Below, piece after piece: positions 12,059 through 24,899 of a DNA stretch of 64,000 nt. This stretch comes from Eledone cirrhosa (lineage: Eukaryota), in the NCBI GenBank assembly GCA_964016885.1, contig OZ024741.1, forward strand, positions 101,370,001-101,434,000, in the 5' to 3' direction. How positions within the stretch are numbered: the stretch's first letter is position 1; every line of letters begins with the position of its first letter. The notes beneath the pieces were generated by a model. The model was not told the DNA's origin. It did not search any database and saw nothing but the letters and a program-made list of their open reading frames with translations. A program made the position numbers and the translations under genes.

Positions 12059-15000
12059 TGGCCCCTTCGTTTCAGCTGTACCAAGCCAAATTTTTCCGGT
12101 ATTTCCTTGTAACCAGTCTCCTATAAAAACTTATGGACAAATATCTCTATCATTGGACCTAGCTTTGCATCGGGATTTCAAATGGATTTTCGTTGTAGCG
12201 GACCTACCCCACCCTATTCTCGGTGCGGATTTTTTACACCACTACTCACTGTTAGTAGATGTCAGGAAACAGAAACTTGTGGATGGCACCACATCTTTAT
12301 CTACACCTGCTCGTGGTTCTACTGTTGCCACCATAAGTCTCGGGTGTTTCATAGCTGCCTCTGGAAACCAGTTTCATTCCCTTCTTGCCTCATTTCCCGA
12401 GTTAACTGACATTTCATTTAAACCGAATCAAGTAGTCCACTCGACTCAACATTTTATTACAACAACTGCTCCGCCTGTTTTTTCTTGGCCACGTAGGCTG
12501 GCTCCAGACAGGCTAAAAAAAGCCAGGGATGAGTTTGATCACATGCTTCAACTTGGTCTTATACGACCGTCCACCAGCCCATGGGCCTCCCCGCTTCATT
12601 TGGCTCGTAAGGGTGAAGCAGATTTTAGACCTGTGGGTGATTATAGACGACTTAACGTTATCACAACACCTGATCATTATTCTCTACCAAATTTACAGGA
12701 TTTTTCATCCGTTCTGCATGGATGCAAGATATTTTCTAAAATAGATTTGGTACGCGCTTACTATCAAATACCCATGCATCTGGAAGACATACCAAAAACA
12801 GCTGTGACCACCCCTTTTGGTTCGTTTGAGTTCCTATCCATGCCTTTTGGTTTGAGGCATGCTTCTAGTACGTTCCAGCGTTTTATCGATGAAGTCACAC
12901 ATGGATTGGATTTCGTGTTTGCTTACGTTGATGATTTCCTGATAGCCAGTGATTCGGATGAACACCATCATCAACATCTATCTCAGTTATTTCAACGTCT
13001 CCAATCGTACCAAGACAGAATCAACCCAGCTAAATGTGTGTTTGGTGCAGATTCACTGGAATTCCTCGGACACCTTATAGATTCAGAAGGCATTCGTCCT
13101 TTGCCAGCTAAAGTAGAGGCGATTCAGCAATTAGCATCACCAACATCCTTGAAACAATTACGCCATTTTTTAGGATTAATTAACTTTTATTGTCGCTTTA
13201 TTCCTAACCGTGCGGATAAGTTATTCCCCTTGACACAGTTTTTAAGAGCTGCAAAAAAGAAAGATGAAAAAATTTCACTTTCTGCCGATGCATTGCAGTC
13301 TTTTAAATCCGTCAAGTCTGAGCTATCTAAAGTTTCCTTCCTTGCCCATCCTGTTGCAAATGCGAGACTTTCCTTATCTGTTGATGTATCTGATAGTGCT
13401 GTTGGCGCAGTTTTGCATCATGTAATCGTTCACCAAGTTCAACCATTGGCATTTTTCTCTCGCCAATTAAAACCAGCAGAACAGAGAAACAGCACCTTTA
13501 ACAGAACTTTTGGCGATTTATCTTGCCGTGAAGCACTTCCACCACCTTTTGGAGGGGCGGGAGTTCACGATATTCACGGACCACAAACTGTTAACATTCG
13601 CTTTACAATCCAAGTTCGACAAGTACTCTCCGAGAGCGTATAGGCATCTGGATCTCATCTCACAGTATACCAGTGACATTCGTCACATAGCTGGAACTTC
13701 CAACATACCTGCAGACGCACTATCTCGACTTTCTGTGTGTTCTCTTGCGTCTCCTGCACATATCGATTTAGTTGCCATTGCAACTGACCAACCTACTTTG
13801 GATTCGCTGGACATTTCCTCTGACCAGTTCTCCTGCTGCAAATTGGAATATTTACCTCTTCCATCTTCTGAAGGGAAAATTCTCTGCGATGTTTCTACTG
13901 ACTCACCCAGACCACTTGTTCTCCTTGTCACATCCTGGCACAGCTGCCACGGTGAAGCTTATTACGGCTCGATTCTTCTGGCCTAATATGCGTCGTTTAA
14001 TCATCGGTTGGGCACGTTCTTGCTTGAAGTGTCAGCGCTCTAAGATTCATCGGCATGTCCGCGCTCCACTTGGGAAATTCAGCCCGCCAGACACACATTT
14101 CCATCATATACACATGGATATTGTTGGTCCATGGCCCGTTAGTTGTGGATTCACATACATATTGACTTGTATCGATCGTTTCTCTCGGTGGCCTGAAGCC
14201 ATACCCCTCATGGACATAACAGCAGACTCCGTTGCCCGAGCTTTCATTTCCAATTGGATTGCTCGTTTCGGTGTTCCTACTAAAATAACTACGGATCGTG
14301 GATGCCAATTTGAGGCTTACTTATTTCGTGAAATATTACGACTCTTGGGTGCTCATCACATCCATAAGACCAACTATCACCCAGCCTCCAATGGAATGAT
14401 CAAGTGGATTCATAGACAGTTGAAAGCTGCACTTCGCGCTACTCCTGATCCACAACGTTGGACTGAATTTTTGCCTATCTTGCTTCTTGGTTGTCGTGCT
14501 GCCATTAAGACAGATTTAGGTTTTTCTTCTGCTGAACTTCTTTATGGTACCACATTGTCTCTTCCTGGACAAATGTTAGCACCAGTGGATTCATCACATC
14601 TTGACCCAGCATCATATGTCACCAGGATCCCTTCGTATTTCTCGGATCTTCCACCGATGAACCCTCGTGACCAATCTATTTCTTCTGCTGTCCCATCAGA
14701 CATCTCTACGTGGACACACATTTTCATATGGAATGATTCCGTCAGGGGACCTCTTACGTCACCTTATAATGGACCTTTTCGTGTGCTATCGCATACACCC
14801 AAACATTTCACAGTGGCTGTCAATGGGCGAAAAAAGACAATATCCATTGACAGAGCAAAAAAGGCTTTCTCCGAAAGTCTCATCACACTGCCTGATACAC
14901 CTCATACATACACTCCTACACCAACACTTTCACCTCCACCGCAAACGCCACATACCACACAACCAACCTTATGTCACACGAGGTGGCAGGACGGTAAAAT

Positions 15001-15145
15001 GGCCACGAAAACTCTCAAAAACAATATACATTTAAACCCCAGTGGCATTAACATACCTCTTCTTTTTCAGTTTTCAGATAGAACTAGTGTCAGAAAAGTC
15101 TGTACACTAGTTATGTATGAACTATTTGACTTTGAAAAACATTGA
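12059..15145 (+). pseudogene. Gypsy pol (rest of protease, RT, RNase H, integrase), frameshifted
   Basis: ILGADFL, SPWASP, DYRRLN, YVDD, FLGH, TDHK, ADALSR, HMDIVGP, IDRFSRW, TDRGCQF and GPF motifs across ORFs 12153-13643, 13510-13986 and 13772-15145. Confidence 0.95.
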
Positions 15146-15373
15146 TTTTACCATTGAGCATCAATATTCTCTGCTCCTTTGTATGACTATGATTTATCAT
15201 TCGTTACATTCAAACATTCTTTGTAAAAATGCATTACTTGGTTTATGCTCATTTTGCTATTTGCTTGCTCATGTTTTATTCATTCATGTTCTTGTACCTT
15301 TTGTTTTGCTCCTCATGTTCTCGCTATAATGATTTCATTTGGTCATTCGACTTCTCGTCTGAGAGGGAAGTCT

Positions 15374-15748
15374 TGTAGCGCTCTCTAGACAGGGAAGTAG
15401 CTAGAGTTACTTCCCGTTGAAAGTCTAGAACCCTCTTTGCAACTTCCGGAAAGAGGATATAAATAACGGCAACGCCGTCAGCTCTCTCTCTTTTGGCGCC
15501 TTCCTTCGAACCGACAACACTGAAGACAAGCATGTTAACTTTTCTCTAACCACCTATCATGGATCTGGACTATACCTAATTATGTACAAGAATATTTGTG
15601 TACAACAATGGAGCTACAATAAAAATGAAGTCTTATATTCAATATGGTGTTTTGTAAAGGATCTTATCCTTTTCTGTATGAAATTTAGTAGTTAGATTCC
15701 GGTGACATTTACTCGAGTAAATAACCCTGGGTCTGGCAGAACACTAAA
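15374..15748 (+). repeat. Gypsy 3' LTR
   Basis: Direct repeat of 6506-6888, preceded by the polypurine tract. Confidence 0.95.
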
Positions 15749-16000
15749 CATTTATGCCAGCTCCTTTTGTACATATCGAACATGGCCATTTCCCTGACGG
15801 AATCAGAGTTTTGTCCTCTTTTCTACTTATCAACACTTTTGTCTTAGCTAGGTTCACTCTCAGTCCTCTTGATTCCAATGGCTGTTTCCATAGCCAGAAT
15901 TTATTCTCTAGCTCCTCTACTGATTCTGATATAAGAACCAGATCATCAGCATAGAGAAGTTCCCATGGGCAGCCAGTCTTAAACTCCTCTGTTATGGCTT
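15749..16000 (-). mobile_element. RTE family C fragment, continuation of 5515-6505
   Basis: AITEEFKTGCPWELLYADD...GKWPCSIC. It joins 6505 seamlessly once the Gypsy and one TSD are removed. Confidence 0.92.
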
Positions 16001-16004
16001 TCTT

Positions 16005-16381
16005 CATTTTGCATTATTAAAACATTTGTTATTAGGTTAAATTGTTTTTCGTTAAAACTCCTGCATGCTAATTCTTGAGCATATTGGTTTAGGTCGCTTC
16101 TGTCCTTGCTAAAATAAGGGATACAACTGATTATTTTTGGTGTCGCTTGTGTGTAAAAATATTATAGTCTGTGGTAATGGGCATAACTCTACTTTCCTTT
16201 AGTGTTGAAAAATTATGTTGCAAGTGAGTTCAATCTTGGTTTAAATTTTCTGATAAAGATTTTATCTTTATTAATTCGACCTTGTTCTGTGATTTCATAA
16301 CTACATTGGTACAATGGGAAAACATCGAAATTTGGCAGCGTTTTGCCTCTGCATTCTTCTATATGTTTGCTTAGAGGGATC
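16005..16381 (-). mobile_element. Penelope-like element fragment (GIY-YIG C-terminus and 3' region)
   Basis: Manual translation IPLSKHIEECRGKTLPNFDVFPLYQC...GRINKDKIFIRKFKPRLN resembles PLE endonuclease ends. Confidence 0.7.
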
Positions 16382-16389
16382 TTCAATGC

Positions 16390-16900
16390 CACTGGCTAGA
16401 TATAGTCAGGGTTCCTCTACAAAGTTCCGTGGCTCTGATACTATAGATTTGGATGGAGGATAGAAACTCCACTATTCAGGTGTGGCACCAGAAATGACTG
16501 CACAGGTGAGAGTGGGGATACTCATAAGCCCCTGGCTGTCAGAATGCGTTATGGACTGGATCCCATTAAGAGGGAGAATTTGCCTCTTAGAGCTTAGGCT
16601 GAAAGATAGGTCTCTGTGGGAGGTGCAAGTTTATGCACCAAACTAGGAATCCGAATACAGACCCTTCCTTGGGGAAGTCACTGCAGCGTTATATGAGTTA
16701 CAACTGAGTCATATATCCTGATGGGAGACTTCAATGCACATGTTGGTACAGACCACCTGACATGGATTGGAATGGTGACCCCCCCCCCCATTTCAAATAT
16801 GAATGGAAAGGCCATATTAGACTTCTGTTCTAGCAATGAACATCTTCCAGTACAGAGACATCCATAAATATACATTGTATAAGGAGAATCAGGGACAGAG
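16390..16900 (+). mobile_element. Degenerate APE fragment of another RTE-type LINE
   Basis: STKFRGS..LDGG*KLHYSGV..VGILISP..VQVYAPN..LMGDFNAHVG. Confidence 0.75.
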
Positions 16901-16964
16901 ATCAATAATTGCACACTACATCTCATTCCTCCTATACACAGTTTTTCTTTCAGCTCATTTCTAG

Positions 16965-17017
16965 ATATGTTAGAGGAGAAGCAGAAAAGAAGTTTGTACA
17001 TGTTGTACGTCTTCATT
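16965..17017 (+). CDS. Putative 53-nt host exon (YVRGEAEKKFVHVVRLH)
   Basis: TTTCTAG acceptor and GTATGT donor. It is open in the frame that splices in phase to 21278-21300. Confidence 0.35.
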
Positions 17018-17096
17018 GTATGTTCCTGTTATTCAAACAAAATACTTCCTTTGTTATCATGTTTGTATAATTGAGGTCTAATTATATATATATATA

Positions 17097-17797
17097 TATA
17101 ACCTTACCTTCTCGCTAACCTTAATTCTGTCGTATTTTCAAAACAAAACAAATCCTTCTTATATATTCTTTTAAATATATTTTGTTATGCTGGTTAAATT
17201 TTATGCCAAATTTTGAGTGCTTTATTTAAACTCTTAACCTCTGCTCCATCCTATCTTCTCCCCCCCCCCCCCCTCTATACATATAAGGTAAACCCTACCA
17301 AGTACGAAAAATTCAGAATCGCCAAATCCCTTTTCTGGTATGGCTGTTTCCATCGTATAATGTAACATACAAATATTTTCTCCATTCTCCTCTCCATTTT
17401 AATGCATTAGTCCATCCATTCACCATTCTCTATCATATTTTCCAATCTTTGTCTTTCTACTCGATACACTGTCGTATTTTCCAAAACAAATCTTGTGTTT
17501 TTGTTTATGCTTGTTAAATTATGCCCAAAATACGGAGATCCTATTTATAACCTTACCTTCTCGCTAACTACCCAACATCCCTCCCTCCCGCCCCCACGCA
17601 CCACCATTATTACGTGGACCAATCATAAGTCAGAGGCCTATACTATCGCTTACCTGGTTGCCTTTCGATATGACTACGGAATTCTGGAGAGTTGAAGAGA
17701 GAAAAATCTGGACGCTCAGTGACAATGCCAAAGACAAAGTCACCTCGTGGACGAGAATGCAAGCACTCCTCCTTGTTTCGGCCACGGATGGCTAACA

Positions 17798-17831
<34 letters not shown>

Positions 17832-20800
17832 CCACCGCCCCCACCCTCCAAACGCAATCCAAAGCTTCAGAGTTGGTACCATGAATGTAGGCACCTTAAA
17901 GGGTCGTTCTAACGAGGTTGTAGAAATGCTTGAACGTAAGGAGGTTGATGTTTGTTGTATTCAACAGACCAGGTGGAGGGGAGGGTCTGCTAGATTCATC
18001 GTGGGTAAAGAACGATGCTATAAGCTTTTCTGGGTGGGAAATGACAATGGGCTGGGTGGAGTAGGAATCATGGTAGCAGAAAAGTGGGCAGATAAGATAA
18101 TAGACGTAAATAGAGTGAACGACAGAATAATTAAAATAAGACTTGTCCTCAATAGAACTACGGTGACAGTAATATCTGCGTACGCACCCCAATCCGGACT
18201 GTCCGGCACTATAAAAGACAGATTCTATGAGACACTGATGCTCGTCACCTCCCAAATAACCGACAGTGACTATATAATTATTGTAGGTGACCTAAATGGT
18301 CACGTTGGACAACATTGTGACGGCTATGACGGAATCCATGGAGGCTATGGTTTCGGTACTAGAAATGAGGAAGGCTCCAGAATCCTGGAATTCTGTGACG
18401 CAAATAACCTAACTATCTGTAACACTAACTTCAAAAACGAGACAATCACTTGATCACCTATAGATCGGGGGAACACACAAGCTAGGTAGATTATATCCTT
18501 ACCAGAAGACGTGACAGAGTGTCTGTTGTAAACACTAAATCCCTCCCCCATGAAGAATGCACCTCCCAACATAGACTGATAATTAGCGACCTCATAGTCA
18601 GGACGAGACGTACTAGACAGCAGAAGAGGACTATCCTCAGGAGAAAAATATGGAAGCTAAAGGACCCCACAACCAGAAATAAATTTCAAAGCATATTACT
18701 TGATGCTTTCGACAGTAAGGAAGAGCAATTAGAGTCGTATAATATAGAGGAACAGTGGGAATTCCTGAAAGCAAACCTGCTGACGGCGGCAGACAAAGTC
18801 TGTGGCTGGAGCAGGCCTGTAGGTAGGAGGAGAGTAATATGGTGTTGGAACAGTAAGGTGGAGGAGTCAATTAAGGCCAAAAAGCAGGGCTTGGAAAGTA
18901 TGGCGGGATGGGGGAAGTAGAGAAGACTATCAAGTGGCTAGGAGACCAGTGTACTTCGCAAGAAGGGAAGCAGAGGAAAGAAAGTTCAAGCATGTTCTAC
19001 AACATGAGGACCAAAAACATGAGGTGTTCAGGATTGCTAGGCAATGTGTCAAGGAAAACCGTGATATTGTCGGGGAGAAGTGTGTACTTAACGATGATGG
19101 CGTACTTGCCATCACTGACGCTGATAAGAAGGTAGCTTGGAAGTGTCACTACGAAAGGCTGCTAAATGAGGAGAATAAATGGGAGAAAGACAGTCTCCCC
19201 CACATCGACCCAATAGAGGGACCAGCAGTGTTAGTCGAAGGTAATATAATAAGTAAGGCAATCAAAGATATGAAGACGGGTAAGGCGGCTGGGCCTTCGG
19301 AAATAGTTGCTGAGATGCTGAAAGCCTCTGGAACGGTGGGACACACCATGGTCACCCGGATAGTAAACCAAGTCATACAGAATGGGGTTGTTCCGAAGGA
19401 CTGGCGTAGCAGCATCATCATTAACTGTTATAAGGGTAAAGGAGATGCCCTAGATAGGAGTAACTATAGAGGCATTAAATTAATTGACCAGGTCATGAAG
19501 GTCACGGGAAAAGTAATAGCACAACTAATCAGAGAGAGAATTGATCTAGATGAAATGCAGTTCGGGTTTGTGTCAGGCAAAAGTACCACAGACACTCTTT
19601 TCGTTGTACGACAACTACAGGAGAAGTACCAAGCTAAAAGTAAACCCCTATACTTAGCTTTTGTTGACTTGGAGAAAGCCTTCGACAGAGTTCCCCGTTC
19701 CATTATCTGGTGGGCTCTTAGAAAACTAGGTGTTGACGAATGGCTTGTGAGAGCTATAGAAGCCATGTATAAAGAAACAGTCAGCAAGGTTAGAATTAAC
19801 AACGAATATAGTGAAGAGTTTAGTGTAAAAGTTGGTGTTCATCAGGGCTCTGTTCTCAGCCCCCTACTATTTATTATTGCCCTTCAGGCTATAAACAGTG
19901 GAGTTCAAGACCGGCTGCCCATGGGAACTCCTATACGCAGATGATCTAACGCTCATAGCTGAATCAATGGCCGAGCTAGAGAAGAAATTCCAAACATGGA
20001 AGCACGGCCTAGAATCCAAAGGCCTTAAAATTAACCTGGCTAAGACTAAAGTTCTAGTTTGTAGGAAAGAAAATAAGGCGCCGGTCCCTTCCGGGAAATG
20101 GCATGCTCAGTGTGTAGGAAAGGCGTAGGTAGAAACTCCATTTTATGTCCCAAATGCAAAGTATGGGTGCATAAAAGATGTAGTGAGATCACAGGTAAGC
20201 TAACTAAGAACATAGATTTTACATGTGGCCGGTGTTCTGGTGCAATAAGTAGCAGCAAGTGCCCACAAAATACTAGCTCTTTCAATTGCGCAGAGGGTTC
20301 TATAGAAATAGTGGACAGCATCCGTTACCTGGGTGACAAAATCAGCAGTGGGAGAGGGTGCTCTGAAAGTACAGTAGCTAGAGTCAGAAATGGATGGAAA
20401 AAGTTCAGAGAGCTTATACCACTATTAGCCGCTAAAGGGTTCTCCCTAAAAATGAAAGGCAGGTTGTATGATGCCTGCATACGAACAGCAATGTTGCATG
20501 GCAGTGAGACCTGGGCATTGTGTGCAGAGGATATACGCAGACTAGAGAGGAACGAAGCATGCATGCTCCGCTGGATGTGTAATAGTAATATACGTGAACG
20601 GCAAAGCATAAACGAACTAAGGAAAAAATTAGAAATAAGAGGGATCAGATGTTGTTTACTCGAGAGAAGGCTACGTTGGTATGGTCACGTGATGCGCATG
20701 AAAGACGACAGCAGTATAAAAAAGTGCAGGGCAATAAAGATAGACGGTAGCCACGGAGTAGGCAGACCCAGAAAAACCTGGGACGACCTGATAAATTCTG

Positions 20801-21270
20801 ACCTCACACACTTACACCTCTCCAAGACAATGTCACTGGACCGAGATCTTTGGCGGTACTCAGTAACAGAGAAGACCCGCCTTGCCTAAATACAAAGTAA
20901 ACCTATTACAGTCAGTAGGCATCTCTAACAAAATACGCCCCGTCACACCACCCCCACCCCATCCACACCGCCCCTTTCAATGTAAAGTTATGTTGGTGCC
21001 ACAACATCCAGGCCGAAACAAATGAGATCGTGTAGGTGTCACGACAAAAAAACACAGTCCACGCTGTAATGTGGCCGTGTAGGCAACACGGTAAAAACCT
21101 CACAGTCCCACACTGTAAATGTGGTTGGTGTTAGGAAGGGCATCCAACTGTAGAAAACCTGCCAGACAGTCCTATGCGAGCGAGACAAGCACTCTTGCCT
21201 CAAGTGGGAATACCCCCATCCAAACCCATGCAAGCATGGAACACGGACGTTAAACGATGATGATGATGAT
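17097..21270 (+). mobile_element. RTE family A full-length defective copy, duplicate of 1-3638
   Basis: Has the same frameshifts and stops and the same 3' flank as the first copy. The 5' UTR is bounded by a 23-bp direct repeat (17097 and 17546). Confidence 0.96.
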
Positions 21271-21277
21271 ATATAAG

Positions 21278-21300
21278 CAAACGGGATATTTCATTTGTTG
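21278..21300 (+). CDS. Putative 23-nt host micro-exon
   Basis: AG...|GTAATT. It is phase-compatible with 16965-17017 upstream and with the phase-0 exons downstream. Confidence 0.3.
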
Positions 21301-21412
21301 GTAATTCAACAAATATATTTGTTTATAACTGATTCGTAGCACTCGACAGGTTTTCTGGAGTATAATATTAATGATATTAAATAAATGGAAACTATATTTA
21401 TAAAACCATATT

Positions 21413-22304
21413 TATTCTATTATATATATTTCAAGGGTATCAAAACTTTGGTATGCACTCATCAGATAAAATACAAAGTTTGTTTTATAAATATTGACAT
21501 ATCCAGGAAAGTGATCTTAATGGTTCAAGTTTTTCCTGGATAGTAAAATAAATTATATAATTTCGCTAAATTAACAATGTTCTGAAAACATTTTCAATGT
21601 CGGAGGAAAATATTTGAATCTACAAATTGTTCTTCTCTTACAATTTGAACTACGTCTTTTTCTTAAATATTTATGTAAAATGTAAAATCAACATCCTTTG
21701 TAATTCATCTTAGAAATGTAAACAATTAATACGTGTGGTTTATTTCTATAAAATCACCAATAATACTTATACTTGCACACTTATTAATCTATATAGATAT
21801 TTATATACTTACAACCTGTTACAATGTAATAAGATAAAATGTACTTACAACCATAATTCTTCATATAATATAATTGATTGTATATATAATATTATAACTC
21901 ATAATATAGCTAAATATATTTTTTAAATTCTGGAATCATATTCCACCATTCCTACAAACTTTTAATTCTTTTTAAATTCACGTAAATACAAGCTTTTCTT
22001 TCTTTCTCTTTCTTCTTCCTACACATACATATATATATCCTAATAATTATTTAAATCTACCTAGCGTCTAAAAATAACGTTTTTTTTCAGCCCTATACTT
22101 TAACCTCATTTGCATATTTATCTTAATAATTTGAAATATTTGACTTTTCCTCTCTTTCCCCTTTTTCCTTTTACTATCCAGGAAAAACTTGAACCGTTAA
22201 GATCACCTTCCTGGATATGTCAATATTTATAAAACAAACTTTGTATTTTATCTAATGAGAGCGTACCAAAGTTTTGATACCCTTGAAATATATATAATAG
22301 AATA
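21413..22304. repeat. Duplicate of the hammerhead-containing fold-back element at 3781-4671
   Basis: Near-identical sequence, with arms at 21413-21548 / 22169-22304. Confidence 0.8.
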
Positions 22305-22440
22305 TTATGTTTAATTATTAATATTTTCTTCTTGAGTCATATCCCCATCGAAGGTGAAGCATTCATTTTGCTTTTTCTAATATTAATATATTTGGAGCTA
22401 ATTATTTCTATTTACTTTTTCATTCTTTTTATATTATTAG

Positions 22441-22500
22441 CAACCAGACGAAAGTTATTCACCAAACTCTAAACAGTATGGTTCAAGGCCTCCATTTCAG
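22441..22500 (+). CDS. Putative 60-nt phase-0 host exon QPDESYSPNSKQYGSRPPFQ (duplicate)
   Basis: Identical to 4808-4867. The adjacent RTE insertion changes the donor to GTATCA. Confidence 0.6.
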
Positions 22501-22502
22501 GT

Positions 22503-24389
22503 ATCATCATCATCATCATCATCAACGTTTAACGTCCGTGTTCCACGCTTGCATGGGTTTGGACGGGGGTAGTCCCATTTGAGGCAAGAGTGATTGTCTT
22601 GCTCGCATAGGACTGTCTGGCAGGTTTTCTACAGTTGGATGCCCTTCCTAACACCAACCACATTTACAGTGTGGGTCTGGGAGGTTTTTACCGTGTTGCC
22701 TACACGGCCACATTACAGCGTGGACTGTGTGTTTTTTTGTCGTTACACCTACACGATCTCATTTGTTTCGGCCTCGATGGCGCGGCACCAACATAACTTT
22801 ACATAGAACGGGGTGGTGTGGATCGGGTGGGGGTGGTGGTGGTGGGACGGGGTGTATTTTGTTAGAGATGCCTACTGGCTGGAGTAGGTTTTACTATATA
22901 TTTAGGTAAGGCGGGTCTTCTCTGTTACTGAGTACCGCCAAAGGTCTCGGTCCAGTGACATTGTCTTGGAGAGGTGTAAGTGTGTGATGTCGGAGTTTAT
23001 CAGCTCGTCCCAGGTTTTTCTAGGTCTGCCTATTCCGTGACTACCGTCTATCTTTATTGCCCTGCACTTTGTTATACAGCTATCGACTTTCATGTGCATC
23101 ACGTGTCCATACCAACGTAGCCTTCTCGCGAGTAAACAACATCTGATCCCTCTTATCTCTAATTTTTTCCTTAGTTCGTTTATGCTTTGCCGTTCACGTA
23201 TATTACTGTTACACATCCAGCGGAGCATGCAAGCTTCGTTCCTCTCTAGTCTGCGTATATCCTCTGCACACAATGCCCAGGTCTCACTGCCATGCAGCAT
23301 TGCTGTTCGTATGCAGGCATCGTACAACCTGCCTTTCATTTTTAGTGAGAACCCTTTAGCAGCTAATAGTGGTATAAGCTCTCTGAACTTTTTCCAACCA
23401 GTTCTGACTCTAGCTACAGTACTTTCAGAGCACCCTCCCCCACTGCTGATTTTATCGCCCAGGTAACGGAAGCTGTCCACTATTTCTATAGAACCCTCTG
23501 CGCAATTGAAAGAGCTAGTAGTTTGTGGGCACTTGCTGCTACTTATTGCACCAGAGCACCGGCCACATGTAAAATCTATGTTCTTAGTTAGCTTACCTGT
23601 GATCCCACTACATCTTTTATGCACCCATACTTTGCATTTAGGACATAAAATGGAGTTTCTACCTACGCCTTTCCTACACACCGAGCACGACCATTTCCCA
23701 GAAGGGACCGCCGCCCTGTTTTCTTTCCTACAAACTAGTACTTTGGTCTTAGCCAGGTTAATTTTAAGTCCTTTTGACTCTAGGCCGTGCTTCCATGTTT
23801 GGAATTTCTTCTCTAGCTCGGCCATTGATTCCGCTATGAGTGTCAGGTCGTCTGCGTATAGGAGTTCCCATGGGCAGCCTGTCTTGAACTCCTCTGTTAT
23901 AGCCTGAAGGGCAATAATAAATAGTAGTGGGCTGAGAACAGAGCCCTGATGGACGCCAACTTTTACGCTAAACTCTTCACTATATTCGTTGTTAATTCTA
24001 ACCTTGCTGACTGTTTCTTTATACATGGCTTGTATAGCCCTCACAAGCCATTCGTCAACGCCTAGTTTTCTAAGAGCCCACCAGATAATGGAGCGGGGGA
24101 CTCTGTCGAAGGCTTTCTCCAAGTCGACAAAAGCTAAGTAGAGGGGTTTACCTTTAGCTAGGTACTTCTCCTGTAGTTGTCGTACTATGAAAAGAGCGTC
24201 TGTGGTACTTTTGCCTGACACAAACCCGAACTGCATTTCATCTAGGTCAATTCTCTCTCTGATTAGTTGCGCTATTACTTTTTCCGTGACCTTCATGACC
24301 TGGTCGATTAATTTAATGCCTCTATAGTTACTCCTATCTAGGGCGTCTCCTTTACCCTTATAACAGTTAACGATGATGCTGCTATGCCA
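22503..24389 (-). mobile_element. RTE family A, young 5'-truncated copy
   Basis: Uninterrupted ORF 22902-24296, nearly identical to the 3' part of the intact copy at 49420. Confidence 0.96.
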
Positions 24390-24482
24390 ATATTTACTTT
24401 ATATTTACTTTTTCATTCTTTTATATATTCATATATATATATTTACTTTATATTTACTTTTTCATTCTTTTTATATTATTAG

Positions 24483-24542
24483 CAACCAGAGGGAAGTTAT
24501 TCACCAAACTCTCAACAGTATGGTGCAAGGCCTCCATTTCAG
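24483..24542 (+). CDS. Putative 60-nt phase-0 host exon QPEGSYSPNSQQYGARPPFQ (duplicate)
   Basis: Identical to 4977-5036, with an intact AG and GTATGT. Confidence 0.7.
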
Positions 24543-24548
24543 GTATGT

Positions 24549-24851
24549 ATCATCATACGTCCGCTTTTCCCTGCTTGCAAGGGTGGGACGGGAACTGATT
24601 CTGGCTTGATTTCTACAGCTGGATGCCCTTCCTAACACTAACCTCATTTACAGTGAGTGCTGGGTGCTTTTTTGCCGTGGCACCTCCACGACCACTTTGC
24701 AGTGGAATGATAGGGACCCCAGTCCCTATCATCTCATTTCTACAGCTGAGTAAACTGGAGCAAGGAAACAACACATCACCCGGTCTGAGAATTGAACTCA
24801 CAACCTTTCGATTGCAGGACCAATGCTCTAACCACTAAGCCATGTGCCTCC
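24549..24851 (-). mobile_element. tRNA-derived SINE with RTE-derived body and tail (small internal deletion)
   Basis: A box TGGCTTAGTGG and B box GAGTTCAATTC. The 3' end matches the RTE family C tail. Confidence 0.88.

Positions 24852-24897
<46 letters not shown>

Positions 24898-24899
<2 letters not shown>

Larger units (their letters stand above)
6506..15748 (+). mobile_element. Full-length, defective Ty3/Gypsy LTR retrotransposon
   Basis: Two LTRs, PBS, PPT (GAGAGGGAAG at 15361-15370), gag-PR-RT-RH-IN order, and a 4-bp TSD AATT/CATT. Confidence 0.96.
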
